Origin: a virus
Strand: one strand, 5' to 3'
Virus record (IMG/VR): IMGVR_UViG_3300045988_137032
Coordinates: 1 to 64,000 of that record
Length of the DNA: 64,000 bases
Shown here: piece by piece, positions 11,101 through 18,435 of the stretch
How the letters are laid out: the number at the start of each line of letters is the position of its first letter
Numbering within the stretch: the stretch's first letter is position 1
Translations under genes and position numbers: made by a program
Notes under the pieces: model-generated
Databases searched by the model: none
What the model was told of the DNA's origin: nothing
What the model saw: the letters and a program-made list of their open reading frames with translations, nothing else

Positions 11101-13769
11101 CAATTCGTGTTCGCACCGACTGCTCTGGTTTGGTTTCTGCATGTCTGCAGTTCTATGGTGTAATGGATAAGGGTCAGACGCTGAACTCTGATTCTATTGC
11201 AGATATGAGCAACTCTATCATGCGTAGAACTGGATTTACTCCTAGGAAGTTCACAAGCTGGAAAGATCTTAATAAGGGTGATATCGTGGCTCGCCATGGT
11301 CATACCGAAATCTTTGCAGCTATTGTGGATGGCAAGAAGTATGTCTACAACGTAGGTTCTACTTCGTCTGCAAACGATCCGTATGCAACGCCTCCGCTCG
11401 ATCAGGATCATGAGACCGTTTGGTCTGTTGGTGCTCCTGGCAAGTATGCAGTTACTGCATCTGGCGATGGTAATGTCCAGGTCGATAAGAACTATAAGGG
11501 TTCTTCTGATGATAGAGGATCTACTGTCGATGATAGCGGTAGCAGCACTTCTACTAGCCTCTTCTCGAAGATCACTGGTGCATTCTCTGCTGTTACGAGT
11601 GCTCTGTTTGATTCTGCTATTTCTGGTCAGGCTCCTGACTGGGATAAGGTTGTCTCTGAGTACAAGGCTGAATACAATAACTCTTCTAATTCTTCCTCTT
11701 ATGGCGATGATGATAGCGTGGATCTTGGTGATGCAAGTCAGATCAATGCTGATATCATTGCTGGTGATAAGGGAATGACTACAACAGGTGGCGCTGCTAA
11801 TCAGTCTACTATCTGGAAGAGTCTCCGTGCATTTGGCCTGAGCAAGGCCGGTACAGCTGGTCTTATGGGTGCTTGGACAGCCGAATCTGGTCTGCGTCCA
11901 AATAACCTTGAGAATCAGTTTGAAAGCAAATACGGCAATGATAGGGAATACACTAACAAAGTCGACCGTGATCATAAGTGGCCTGATAGTCCGACAGACA
12001 ACGTCGGTTATGGCCTTGCACAGTGGACTGGTGCTAATGGCAATACGAAATCAGGTTCTAGTCGTAAGAATACCTTGCTCGCTCTTGCGAACGGCGCTGG
12101 CGCTTCTGTCGGTAACCTCGGTATTCAGTTACAGCACGCTGAAAGCGAACTTAAGAGCAGATATACGACTGCATATCAGCATCTTCGTGAAGCAACCACA
12201 GTTGCACAGGGTACTGCTGCAGCTCTTGGTGATTATGAGATGCCTGGTATGAAGCAAGCTAATGCTTATGAAAATAAGCGTTGGTATCCGACACGTTTGA
12301 AGTTCGCTACCGAAATCTATAATAAATTCGCCAATGAACGTAGAGCTGGCTATGGTGGCCGCGGTGGTCTCTCTGATGTTGCCGCTGACGTTGCTAGTGA
12401 GATGCTTGTCAACTACTACGATGAGAATGCTCCGAAGGTTTATGAGAAGCTTACTGGTAAAAATCCCGGTAAGATTGATCGTAAGGCTATTCGTGAGCAG
12501 AACGCTAAACGTGAAGCTGAAGCAGCCGAAGCAAAACGTCGTGCATCTCTGTCTACATCTGAGAAGTTCACTGAGGATGTGGTTGCTCCTATCATGGAAT
12601 CTCTTATCCGTAAGGGTATGGATGCTGGTATGGATTACCTTGAGACTCATGTGACTACAGCTGGCGTTGATGGCATGACTGGTGCTTCTCGTAAAGCTCC
12701 TGCTGGGCGTAAGAATCGTAGCACATCCAAGTCCTCTTCTAAGAAGTCTACGACTACAAAGAAGGGTAGAGGTGGACGTGGTAGCGCGCTGTCACTCGTT
12801 GATATCTTCGGTCAGGATACACTTGATCAGGTTAGTGCAATGACAAAGGACCTTGTCCTTGATCTTGCATCTGATGCTGTAAAGGATAATCGTGACTCTA
12901 TCAATAAGGCGATTTCTGACACTACTGCAAAGGCTACAGATACTGGCAATGATGTAGCAGCTAAGCTGGATGAGGTCTTCCCGGGCATGGGCTTGGGTGA
13001 TTCTCTTAAGACGAATCTCTCTAAGACGATTAATGAGAATATGCCTACTATCAATGAGAGTTTGGATATGCTCTCTGCTCGTCAGCAGAGTGAAACAACC
13101 AGCCGCAATCTTTATGATGAAGCTATCAAGGCTTACAATGATAAAGACTATGCTACCTTGCAGGCAGTTCTTAGTCCCAATGCAATTAGAACTGGTAGCA
13201 CTTACGTTGAGCCTTCGTCCAATGCTACGATTGCTCCTACTCAGAATGCAGCAGCTTCTTCGGATGCTTCTACGGTTCAGCCGCAGACTGAAGTTTCCGA
13301 TTCGAATGCTACTGTCAATAACGTCAACTACGGTTCTGTAACACCTGAGTCTGATGTAACTACGGAGCAGGCTACAGCCAATGCATCCAGTACTGGTTCT
13401 ATTTACACAACTACGACGACTCCGTCTAATGTGGAAATCATCAATCAGTATCAGAATGCTGGTGGTAGCTCTACGCAGACTACTTCTCAGATCGTTACTC
13501 TGATTGGTAAGGTCGTTGACATCTTGGGTAATATCTCTACCAATACTAATAACCTCAAGGAGCTTGAAGATATCAAGACGGGTATTAATAATATCCATAT
13601 TCCTACTCTTCCTGCATCCGGTGGTTCCGGTAATGGCTCCTCTGATACATCTAAGAAAACAACGAAGCCTTCCTTGAAGATTCCGTTTAGTAGATCTGAT
13701 GGTGGTTTTAGTAGTGAAGGTATTTCCAATGCAGAACTAACTGCACGTAAGATTGCTTTTGGTATTTAA
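2103..13769 (+). CDS. giant virion tail tape-measure-like / cell-wall-degrading protein (3888 aa)
   Basis: Uninterrupted 11.7-kb ORF. GGAAAGGAG lies upstream; an alternative ATG at 2112 has better spacing. The protein has three tandem glycine-zipper membrane segments typical of tape-measure proteins, followed by C39-like peptidase, NlpC/P60-like and phage-tail-lysozyme-like domains. The terminator at 13784..13830 follows. Confidence 0.85.
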   Translation: MDSMANDKPDIKKTTGKINSKWMQNAVKSLGLAGTEVIKEIFPATTSAVTSTSKLASDAIKSARDATKDSKSISNALNQMSGVRMAKEVVENSIADLKSGKLYNPDRDPFSSGSDGFSEDDVDTMFGDIDDMFSDDESGNGDSAPDVQINNQVVNRDGSSQDATIQVLQKTTQHQLQASKAQIDAMVSISSMQMARTSEMGAKIVDALDAINNNIASLIEFNNDNMSKLISSSISFYEQMGMKREEEYSGGKGQVKPEDIFSNGFNASTYKDYIKQNINNSLLMSTLGMVTDQKDMIASNPVGMVLQATMKGLIPKVARSAMEEFDKTFSNFLPNMLERLSDWGEGGDTQSLGGMVRRSIGSVFGIKNQRTNYINPKKADPTPMPWNGMANHALIEVIPKYLRESTGYLQEIAEVITGKTRDEMSDKFVGYNWETGQYQGINDQRNQIADTFINNTVDVLQKSDFYKQLQMFSSSLKNKELGKQLMEMFPEFALRVEQHQGPIKWENQLDRETLFSTIKGGDAEAKKAMEGMILDMLENNSGALGDLATAKRKATQSRKEMISSYERNADENNIRQVLDGRSTDQWIEDRINAKIADKGHIEVTPVAKKVSVPTILSEINSVLHRGIYVVVKNRFPGEKGSDGDKNATVDTKSRIVSEGKPYVKNASGLIVPAQATPKPETTATVSDNPKATEKKEELTAQDYAGIYNFHRKEAEKASIQGEPDKYQLGNYTAGFFNTLSGLMNGIMNGDADRAFDNVMNSIYDKFANAGREISAKFLTPIKQELFGTKNEKTGYKDGGLFSGVTNRMRESMFALRHMITGEGYVGADGKKVEADTSGNTVKAKLTGMLHNLSNGIKVRIFGEKEDGKDTKEGILQKAQNGIAKTVSTFHKGLAGWKHAIFGDKYEDDQDPEKTGKEVWAEIKEKASKMLPSGLAGSAVGAMGGMMSGGVLGTLVGGPIGGALLGFAGGLASRSEKFKDWLFGPEDKDGNRAGGLISANTQKFFKEHAAFLTGGAALGAAKGAITGGGVLGNLVGGPVAGALMGLGTAVVLKSSIFQKFLFGDEKLGQLGIVTLGKQWMRNIVSKSGEEGGVDGSKLFGMMGIGAASGGLLGTLVGGPILGASMGLGTAILAQKENFHAWLFGEDDEKTGAHREGIFGQFKNAIKVSVLDPMKHRIEETAADAKRFLYYDVLAKLNIALEPIGRGISDLVGNISASVWDTTKSVGKYIKEDFLGGMVDATRSILTPVTEAATAAGSAIWTATKAIVAAPVNLLYAVTSPLMESAKHVIGTAVKVITTPIGLAIKGSMKILTTSIGLAAKTIGKAVALPFNVVSKAMRFINDKVIGTVAHIGRAGMQLVADVKDAVLNHGPIGWIRKQFSNAKDFMGVIKTQISEMFDPMKDAMKSAIKYAAHSITDHVKKTFSDSIHSFFNILNPINWIKKGAQLLGFGKNKDSDNQSGGKKGYFARLWERTKYGPEVKDYSGKMVHDEDGNLIGRVKGFTRAQADRNRKNASINEANKIKETRKANKDREYNQRMIAKYTKNQRGTDTEENRLLALAEAKRQGKTIEWRGEAIKAESVKKTELFQDKSVSIQEDTNKTLNRIADFIMGRTPKQSLWDERVDQYNDGKHQGNLIGIRDKTLEEKRASVVTDDQDREMHRIQKNVDKARARESKARQENYDKLFRERGFWGGLAAVNSNIRGIRKGIKAGKNGQMKYAEGTDNAKAGEALTGENGPEIIDDKKGNAVITGANGPEVREMSGGEKVIPNGGIMGVFNGMLNYLRDIRDSVNAGFKTTVEAVDENADATATIADTPDLPDSNWVDKNYTPQMNTNIAPYLTRHDPPKATVEFNKAVGKTAEAQKAAAAAADEKASDAEFKEKVTEGIADVNEGVRSHNSIWNSIFSKKGLITGALILGAPLIFKFLKSIPGLINKLINAFGDAGARFTEDLKFGQDSLGDGRNSGNVIGDELEGLGRTAESLGRGDLPGAFRNFVYDKDGQVYNETGAREKLLAHGAIDVANTAMKHGKQLHAAAKGALATVKGVGSAAKSAGRYLVSNFKTGVGLSKGLYGVTTNEAVKALIESSGGLSSPSDIGYVAQSTANKASVKVGEIAGKTAEKIGKAAEKTGVTKVIDVVKNFFVSLATKANAKFGGKISNNIFTRLITKVSGCIKKGWSVLSPKISRILSGAGALASTGIGLLAKEGTWVVLGAVNGATGAKRLFRSKDYVDAKMIAISAVFGGFAGTTLGSVVDCVNELIVSVLGIDMFTEAATLIYQLVSSEDDMNKLDASQDSLKNDYTASVDTSLDEQYDTMVKTGLIDSSIDKETWKEQAKNGETAANIQSFADYNDQQNQTLGSTVSKAVKNSFIGKGARGIKNALFGSTEGRYYDTQNQNVEYRRGDDGNYYAYDVKTGKQLSETGIDRSVFESDTERFQSGDIVKEGAIKKAVTAVKDLPSNISNGIKNFKAGAAEKANVVKAKFSESWKSLNEWASGTWTNATTAASEWASNTWASIKTGTKVMGKKFSDSANSLGKFFTSIPGSVNSVMTSAGKKISDLFTSTKEQVSTVINSTGELASAAFTGNSEKFNNAGQDIDDSQPIAKALIGVNKFLLSPISGISGFAVNMVKTIKNSIDATKNITKDAANYASTLSKYTDSNKSMNGFFNEKMSNADKNPVVKIVQSMVQFFMNMYVSLGRAISGVVNKVKDTAGNVGNWIKNLLGIGDKEHVTINGFDQSDIDAYNAAVASGEFDPNSVGIRSAKSGRGGRGIMPSSLNGGTYFSQTDSRWAGDSYAEANGNDANATMADSGCGPTAMAMALSDVTGKSPTPTNLARLAQKTGDRDDTGTNVNFITNAANAYGVQSDETINPTPNKIINELRSSGNPMVLLGQSDGGNGPYTSSGHYIVAEGVDNNGNVVVNDPRGPEYSGSVAPSQLAGTTSSAWSFGGRGKRKNVIHSVNSDIGGYSGNREKWINIVAEVKRQIAASKAGYSNTGSVTVTIGGKSIRVRTDCSGLVSACLQFYGVMDKGQTLNSDSIADMSNSIMRRTGFTPRKFTSWKDLNKGDIVARHGHTEIFAAIVDGKKYVYNVGSTSSANDPYATPPLDQDHETVWSVGAPGKYAVTASGDGNVQVDKNYKGSSDDRGSTVDDSGSSTSTSLFSKITGAFSAVTSALFDSAISGQAPDWDKVVSEYKAEYNNSSNSSSYGDDDSVDLGDASQINADIIAGDKGMTTTGGAANQSTIWKSLRAFGLSKAGTAGLMGAWTAESGLRPNNLENQFESKYGNDREYTNKVDRDHKWPDSPTDNVGYGLAQWTGANGNTKSGSSRKNTLLALANGAGASVGNLGIQLQHAESELKSRYTTAYQHLREATTVAQGTAAALGDYEMPGMKQANAYENKRWYPTRLKFATEIYNKFANERRAGYGGRGGLSDVAADVASEMLVNYYDENAPKVYEKLTGKNPGKIDRKAIREQNAKREAEAAEAKRRASLSTSEKFTEDVVAPIMESLIRKGMDAGMDYLETHVTTAGVDGMTGASRKAPAGRKNRSTSKSSSKKSTTTKKGRGGRGSALSLVDIFGQDTLDQVSAMTKDLVLDLASDAVKDNRDSINKAISDTTAKATDTGNDVAAKLDEVFPGMGLGDSLKTNLSKTINENMPTINESLDMLSARQQSETTSRNLYDEAIKAYNDKDYATLQAVLSPNAIRTGSTYVEPSSNATIAPTQNAAASSDASTVQPQTEVSDSNATVNNVNYGSVTPESDVTTEQATANASSTGSIYTTTTTPSNVEIINQYQNAGGSSTQTTSQIVTLIGKVVDILGNISTNTNNLKELEDIKTGINNIHIPTLPASGGSGNGSSDTSKKTTKPSLKIPFSRSDGGFSSEGISNAELTARKIAFGI
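4895..5530 (+). other. three tandem glycine-zipper hydrophobic repeats within the giant protein
   Basis: The three repeats read GLAGSAVGAMGGMMSGGVLGTLVGGPIGGALLGFAGG..KFKDWLFG, then GGAALGAAKGAITGGGVLGNLVGGPVAGALMGLG..FQKFLFG, then GMMGIGAASGGLLGTLVGGPILGASMGLG..FHAWLFG. Confidence 0.8.
10418..10860 (+). other. peptidase C39-like (papain-fold) domain of the giant protein
   Basis: YFSQTDSRWAGDSY..ADSGCGPTAMAMALS supplies the catalytic Cys context (TGT at 10518..10520). Downstream, SSGHYIVAEGVDNNGNVVVNDP supplies the His and Asn/Asp. Confidence 0.7.
11085..11390 (+). other. NlpC/P60-like cysteine peptidase/amidase domain of the giant protein
   Basis: The Cys motif is RTDCSGLVSACLQFYG and the His motif is KGDIVARHGHTEIF. 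Confidence 0.65.
11808..12330 (+). other. phage-tail-lysozyme-like (lytic transglycosylase/muramidase) domain of the giant protein
   Basis: GTAGLMGAWTAESGLRPNNLE..GYGLAQWTG..RKNTLLALA matches the Glu-Ser plus GYG-x-xQWT pattern of phage tail lysozymes. Confidence 0.65.
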
Positions 13770-13783
13770 CCACTAGAAAACAA

Positions 13784-13830
13784 AATGGTAAGGAAAACTC
13801 TAATATGAGGAGTTTTCCTTACCATTTATT
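13784..13830 (+). terminator. intrinsic terminator after the giant gene
   Basis: 17-bp stem AATGGTAAGGAAAACTC/GAGTTTTCCTTACCATT with a 7-nt loop and a T-rich tail. Confidence 0.75.
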
Positions 13831-13859
13831 TCCGTATATGAAAGAGGTGGATAAGATAC

Positions 13860-15725
13860 ATGGGATTTAATAAAGGTGACAAAGTTACTTGTAGCGCGGA
13901 ACGAGATTACAACGGTGTCCATCTCGCAAGTTTCGTGAGACGTAACACATATGAAGTCATGCAAGTTGATGGTGACCGAGTTGTCATCGGTCGTAATGGT
14001 GTAGTTACAGCTGCCGTTAGTGCTAGTCAACTTAATAACCCAGCGGCAGCAGTCACTCAAACTAAGGCAGATTCACCTGCCCTTCCTACAGGTACTGCAA
14101 CATCACAAAATACATCAGTTCTTAATACAGCAGGTAATTTCGCACAGAATTATCTTACCACACTGGCAAGAGGATTTGATGCTAAAATCACAAATATGAT
14201 TGATAACTATGGTGAGGATATTACCAAGTATTCAATGAGACTATTTGGTATTCCTCATCAGTTTACTCAGTATTGTGATTATAGAACCTATTCTGTTTCT
14301 AATAAGCCGAAGTGCCAGCTTATTGGTAGAACCTTCATTGAGAATATCATGCTGGAAGCACCTGTTGTAACGATTCTTCCTGGTAAGCCTGTATATCTTC
14401 CTGCAAAGAAAGGTGAGAAAAAGGAAGGTGTTACAACCTCTTTGATTTCAGCGGCAAATGATTCTATTGCATTTGCAGCATATGCTCAAACACAGGATGA
14501 ACAGAAAACAGCTGATAAGGTTCGATATTATGACTTTGAGCAGGATTACACGAACTACATGCGATATGTAAATATCATGTGTCAGGTTGCAGCTGCATTC
14601 CTTGACCTTGATACAGAAAATATCGATGGTAGTACAGCGCTCACCACATATATGTGGGAGAACTATAAGTGGACTGCTGATCAGTATAGTACTGCATCTG
14701 GCAATATGTTTAATGCAGCAAAGAATCTTGTTGGTAAAACCATTTCGAAGATTTCTGCTGGACTTAAGAGCATTATCGGCGGCGGTGGTACAAAGGTTAC
14801 TGCATTGGACCAGAAGATGGATCCTGACAAAGAAGAGGGCATCCTTGCGAATGTCGAATATCTTTTGACTCAGATGCATTTCGTCCAATTCTATATTGAC
14901 TCATCTTCTAGTTCTACCGAAAATAGTTCAAACCAGACAAGTTCTTCGAAGCTTGAAGGCATGTTTGATTCTGCAAATGACGTCTTAAAAGAATTTGCAT
15001 TCATTGCAAACTCTGGCGGTTTAACGCAATCTCAGATGCAGGAATACACTAGCGGAGCTATGGGAGCTCTTAGTGGAATGCTGAATGATTCCAATAGCTA
15101 CGTCGGTGGCGTCATTGGACGTCTTCTTGGATCAGCAGGTAATGTGATTCGTGGTAATACCATGATTTTCCCGAAGATTTACCAGAGATCAGAGTACTCA
15201 AAGTCATATAATATTACTGTGGATCTTCGTAGTCCTTATGGTAATAAACTTAGTTTCTATCTGAATATCCTCGTTCCTCTCTTCCATCTGATGTGTCTTG
15301 CACTTCCGAAACAGGAAACTGCAAACACTTATGGCTCCCCGTTCCTTGTTAAAGCTTACTATCCCGGTGTCTTCTCTTGTAATTTAGGCATCGTACAGAG
15401 TCTTAGTATCGAACGTGCTCCCAATTCAGATTGGTCCGTAGACGGGTATCCTATGGAAATTAAAGTTAGTCTGAGTATCGAAGATCTTTATTCTGATCTA
15501 ACTATGACTCCAGCAGGCTCTACCCTGCTTTTCCTTGCTAACTCCAGTTTGATTGAATTCATTGCAACAAACTGCGGAATTAGCTTAATCACTCCTCAGC
15601 TTTCAAACCGTGTTAAATACGTTACTGCAATTTTTGAATCTGCTGCAAAGAATGCAAAAACAAATGTTGCAAATGCCGTGTTTAATAGTCTTGAAAGCAA
15701 GATTTCATCTTTTACAAGAACGTGA
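13860..15725 (+). CDS. hypothetical virion-associated protein with N-terminal SH3-like domain
   Basis: 621-aa ORF with an AAGAGGTGG RBS. The N-terminus KGDKVTCSAERDYNGVHLASFVRRNTYEVMQVDGDRVVIG is paralogous to the N-terminus of 22831..24609(-). Confidence 0.8.
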   Translation: MGFNKGDKVTCSAERDYNGVHLASFVRRNTYEVMQVDGDRVVIGRNGVVTAAVSASQLNNPAAAVTQTKADSPALPTGTATSQNTSVLNTAGNFAQNYLTTLARGFDAKITNMIDNYGEDITKYSMRLFGIPHQFTQYCDYRTYSVSNKPKCQLIGRTFIENIMLEAPVVTILPGKPVYLPAKKGEKKEGVTTSLISAANDSIAFAAYAQTQDEQKTADKVRYYDFEQDYTNYMRYVNIMCQVAAAFLDLDTENIDGSTALTTYMWENYKWTADQYSTASGNMFNAAKNLVGKTISKISAGLKSIIGGGGTKVTALDQKMDPDKEEGILANVEYLLTQMHFVQFYIDSSSSSTENSSNQTSSSKLEGMFDSANDVLKEFAFIANSGGLTQSQMQEYTSGAMGALSGMLNDSNSYVGGVIGRLLGSAGNVIRGNTMIFPKIYQRSEYSKSYNITVDLRSPYGNKLSFYLNILVPLFHLMCLALPKQETANTYGSPFLVKAYYPGVFSCNLGIVQSLSIERAPNSDWSVDGYPMEIKVSLSIEDLYSDLTMTPAGSTLLFLANSSLIEFIATNCGISLITPQLSNRVKYVTAIFESAAKNAKTNVANAVFNSLESKISSFTRT

Positions 15726-15735
15726 GAATCCTTTT

Positions 15736-16338
15736 ATGAAGAAGATAGAGAGAGACTATTTGTCGGAATATGGAAATATCCCGAAAGACGAGGCTGCACG
15801 ATTCGATTATATGCTCGATACTCTTAATCTTAAACTGAGAAAACCTCAGATAATGGATCGGATGTATCATATACGTAACATACATTGGAGCAGTTTGGAT
15901 TTCGTGATTTATCTCGTACCGACTGCAACTCCTAGACCTAGATTCTCTTCTCTCACCAATACATTTTATGTGGCTGGTGCGAAAGTAAATCGAGATATCT
16001 TTAGGGAGTTTGCTCGGAAAAACAAATTGCCTCATATCGTAACTCAATGCAAATTTGAGTGTACTTCATATTTACCCATTCCGAAATCTATGAAAAAAGT
16101 AGATGTTGTATTGGCTGAACTTGGATTGGTTCGCCCTATTACAAAACCGGATTGGGATAACCTCGGAAAGACGTATTCCGACATGATTCAATCAACGTTG
16201 TTGGAAGATGACTCGCTTATCATTGAGGGAATAAGCAGAAAGTACTATTCTTTAAAGCCTAGAATAGAAATCCATATAGAATGGGCGGATGAGCATGATA
16301 GCTCGTTCAATTATAATAAAATACGAAAGAAGGGTTAA
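15736..16338 (+). CDS. rusA: RusA-like Holliday junction resolvase
   Basis: Start moved to the ATG at 15736. The motif PITKPDWDNLGKTYSDMIQSTLLEDDSLIIEGISRKYYS..PRIEIHIEW fits the RusA KPD-x-DN..D..DD signature. Confidence 0.6.
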   Translation: MKKIERDYLSEYGNIPKDEAARFDYMLDTLNLKLRKPQIMDRMYHIRNIHWSSLDFVIYLVPTATPRPRFSSLTNTFYVAGAKVNRDIFREFARKNKLPHIVTQCKFECTSYLPIPKSMKKVDVVLAELGLVRPITKPDWDNLGKTYSDMIQSTLLEDDSLIIEGISRKYYSLKPRIEIHIEWADEHDSSFNYNKIRKKG

Positions 16339-16340
16339 TT

Positions 16341-17525
16341 ATGGCCACGCAACAGATGTTTGGATATTTCAATGGTCAGTATTTCATGATCGACGAATCT
16401 CCTAATATCGTAGTACCGGAAGGTGCTAATTATAAGAAGTCTGGTATTCAGGTGAATAAGAACCAGAATAACGAATACGAAGTGGACATGTATTGCTATC
16501 ATTCTGACTTAACCACAGAACGCAATAGTGAACGTATTGCATTCATGAAAGAGTACATTATCAATGAAAAAGTCAAAAGCATCCTTGGTGTTAACAACGA
16601 TTTCCTGCTCACTGCTGATTATGAGCTCTTTAATAAGGATGGAAAGTGCATCGCAAATGGCGCTCTTTCCACTCTTGCAAAAAGTTGCAATGGTATTATT
16701 CTTGATCCCATTGATAGCGAAAATAATCTGATGTATCGTAGGCTGTATGTCTTTGATGGTCGGATTGAAATTCCTATCCCAAATATTGCAAAGTACGGTA
16801 TTAAGAATTGCTATCAGCAGTATCCGTATACTCTGCGGATTAATTCTGTGAAGGCGACTACTACTTATGGCACCGATACTTACATGATCGGTCTTGATGA
16901 GCAGGTTTCACATGCAAATGATATCGATGGTCGTTATCATAATGCACAGTATAATCTGTATCATCATATGTGCGATTGTCGCAATGAGATCACTCATAAC
17001 AACTACTGCTCTCGTTTCCTGTCTAATGCAAAGATCGGCACATCTATCATTGATTCTATGGCAGTTCCTGTTGCATTGGAAGCTCCTGCTGATTACACTG
17101 AAGTTGTAATGGCAGATATTCCTTGTGCTACGAAGGATAATAGCTATACTGTCAAGATTGATGGTAAGGCTGATCAGATTGTGCTGAATGTGGAAGTTGT
17201 TGTCGATAACTTTAATACTGTCTATGACATTGCTGATATCAAGACTCTTGTAGAAGCAAATGGCGGTAGTATTGGTGATGACAATGAAGATACGGGCACG
17301 ACTGGATCGACTGGTGGTTGTAAGTGTGATTGCTGCACAAAAAAGGATAACAAGCCTGGTAACTCAGATACTACTGGTAAGGTTGATCCTCCGGTGTCGG
17401 GTTCGGAAGATGGTAAAACAGATACGCAGTCACCTGATGTAACCACTCCTCCTGAAGATAAGAAGGATGAGAATACTACGGAAGGTACTGGTGAATCTAC
17501 TGACAATACAGAAGGCGGTGAATAA
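16341..17525 (+). CDS. hypothetical protein with Cys-cluster and acidic Thr/Pro/Glu-rich C-terminal tail
   Basis: 394-aa ORF that starts 3 nt after the upstream stop. The C-terminus reads GGCKCDCCTKKDNKPG followed by low complexity. Confidence 0.75.
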   Translation: MATQQMFGYFNGQYFMIDESPNIVVPEGANYKKSGIQVNKNQNNEYEVDMYCYHSDLTTERNSERIAFMKEYIINEKVKSILGVNNDFLLTADYELFNKDGKCIANGALSTLAKSCNGIILDPIDSENNLMYRRLYVFDGRIEIPIPNIAKYGIKNCYQQYPYTLRINSVKATTTYGTDTYMIGLDEQVSHANDIDGRYHNAQYNLYHHMCDCRNEITHNNYCSRFLSNAKIGTSIIDSMAVPVALEAPADYTEVVMADIPCATKDNSYTVKIDGKADQIVLNVEVVVDNFNTVYDIADIKTLVEANGGSIGDDNEDTGTTGSTGGCKCDCCTKKDNKPGNSDTTGKVDPPVSGSEDGKTDTQSPDVTTPPEDKKDENTTEGTGESTDNTEGGE

Positions 17526-17527
17526 TC

Positions 17528-18001
17528 ATGATCTATGATTCCATTCTTGAAGCATCATCATCTGATTTAATTTCATCACATGAAGCTGCTAAGCTAATTG
17601 GTTTTATTTCTGAAAAGAAGAAAACTGATTTCCGTGGTGGAGATGTTGTGATCTTCGGTAAGAAGACAAAGATCAAACGTGTTAGTGCATATTACAATGA
17701 CACAATGACTGAAGCCGATGCTAAGAGATATATGCTTAAACTTAGATCAAGTGCATCGGAGATTGAAAAAAGCGTACTCAATTATATCAGATCGAATATG
17801 AAAGATTTTTCAGAATATGATTCTACGCTTCCTAATGTCAATGATGCTATTGGATTAGGTTTCCATGTAAAACCTCAGTATGTTATGGCTTCAAAGAATA
17901 CCGTTGTACTGATGTGTACTTGTAAATGGGATATCGAGCATGGTATCGGTATTCAGTTTATTCCTAGTATTAAAGTAGCTCCGCAGGATATTTTCCTGTA
18001 A
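17528..18001 (+). CDS. hypothetical protein carrying the shared N-terminal leader motif
   Basis: 157-aa ORF that starts 3 nt after the upstream stop. The N-terminal motif is SILEASSSDLISSHEAAKLIG (see findings). Confidence 0.75.
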   Translation: MIYDSILEASSSDLISSHEAAKLIGFISEKKKTDFRGGDVVIFGKKTKIKRVSAYYNDTMTEADAKRYMLKLRSSASEIEKSVLNYIRSNMKDFSEYDSTLPNVNDAIGLGFHVKPQYVMASKNTVVLMCTCKWDIEHGIGIQFIPSIKVAPQDIFL

Positions 18002-18005
18002 ATAA

Positions 18006-18070
18006 TTTTATGGTGATGCTTGATAGTAATGCATTAGTTAATAATGCTCTATCAAACATCACCATAAAAA
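18006..18070. terminator. long imperfect hairpin / bidirectional terminator
   Basis: TTTTATGGTGATGcTTGATAG pairs with CTATCAAaCATCACCATAAAAA. Confidence 0.6.
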
Positions 18071-18111
18071 TTTAAGCATTTGCGCTATTTAAGAAAGGAG
18101 CTTAAAATAAA

Positions 18112-18381
18112 ATGTCTAAAACTTTTCTGAATGAAGCTGCTAAATATACAGATACGATCATGAATTCCATTAAATCGATTCTTGACAAGAATGATATCTC
18201 TTACAAAGAAATTGATAAGATGAATTTGATCGTATCTTTTACAGAGGACAATTCAATTACTTCCGATGCTATCCGAGCTTTAACATCTGAAGAGATTGGA
18301 TGTGAGCCAAATGTGTTCGATGCTCTGATTGACATCGTTGATGTGAATGGGAAAGTTTACATCCGGCAGATTTTAAAGTAA
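18112..18381 (+). CDS. hypothetical small protein
   Basis: 89-aa ORF with an AAAGGAG RBS, followed by the bidirectional terminator at 18383..18433. Confidence 0.7.
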   Translation: MSKTFLNEAAKYTDTIMNSIKSILDKNDISYKEIDKMNLIVSFTEDNSITSDAIRALTSEEIGCEPNVFDALIDIVDVNGKVYIRQILK

Positions 18382-18382
18382 A

Positions 18383-18433
18383 AAAGACAGGCTTATGGAA
18401 CTATGATGTTTCCATAAGCCTGTCTTTATTTTT
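18383..18433. terminator. bidirectional terminator between convergent genes
   Basis: 18-bp perfect stem AAAGACAGGCTTATGGAA/TTCCATAAGCCTGTCTTT flanked by A- and T-runs. Confidence 0.85.
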
Positions 18434-18435
18434 GC

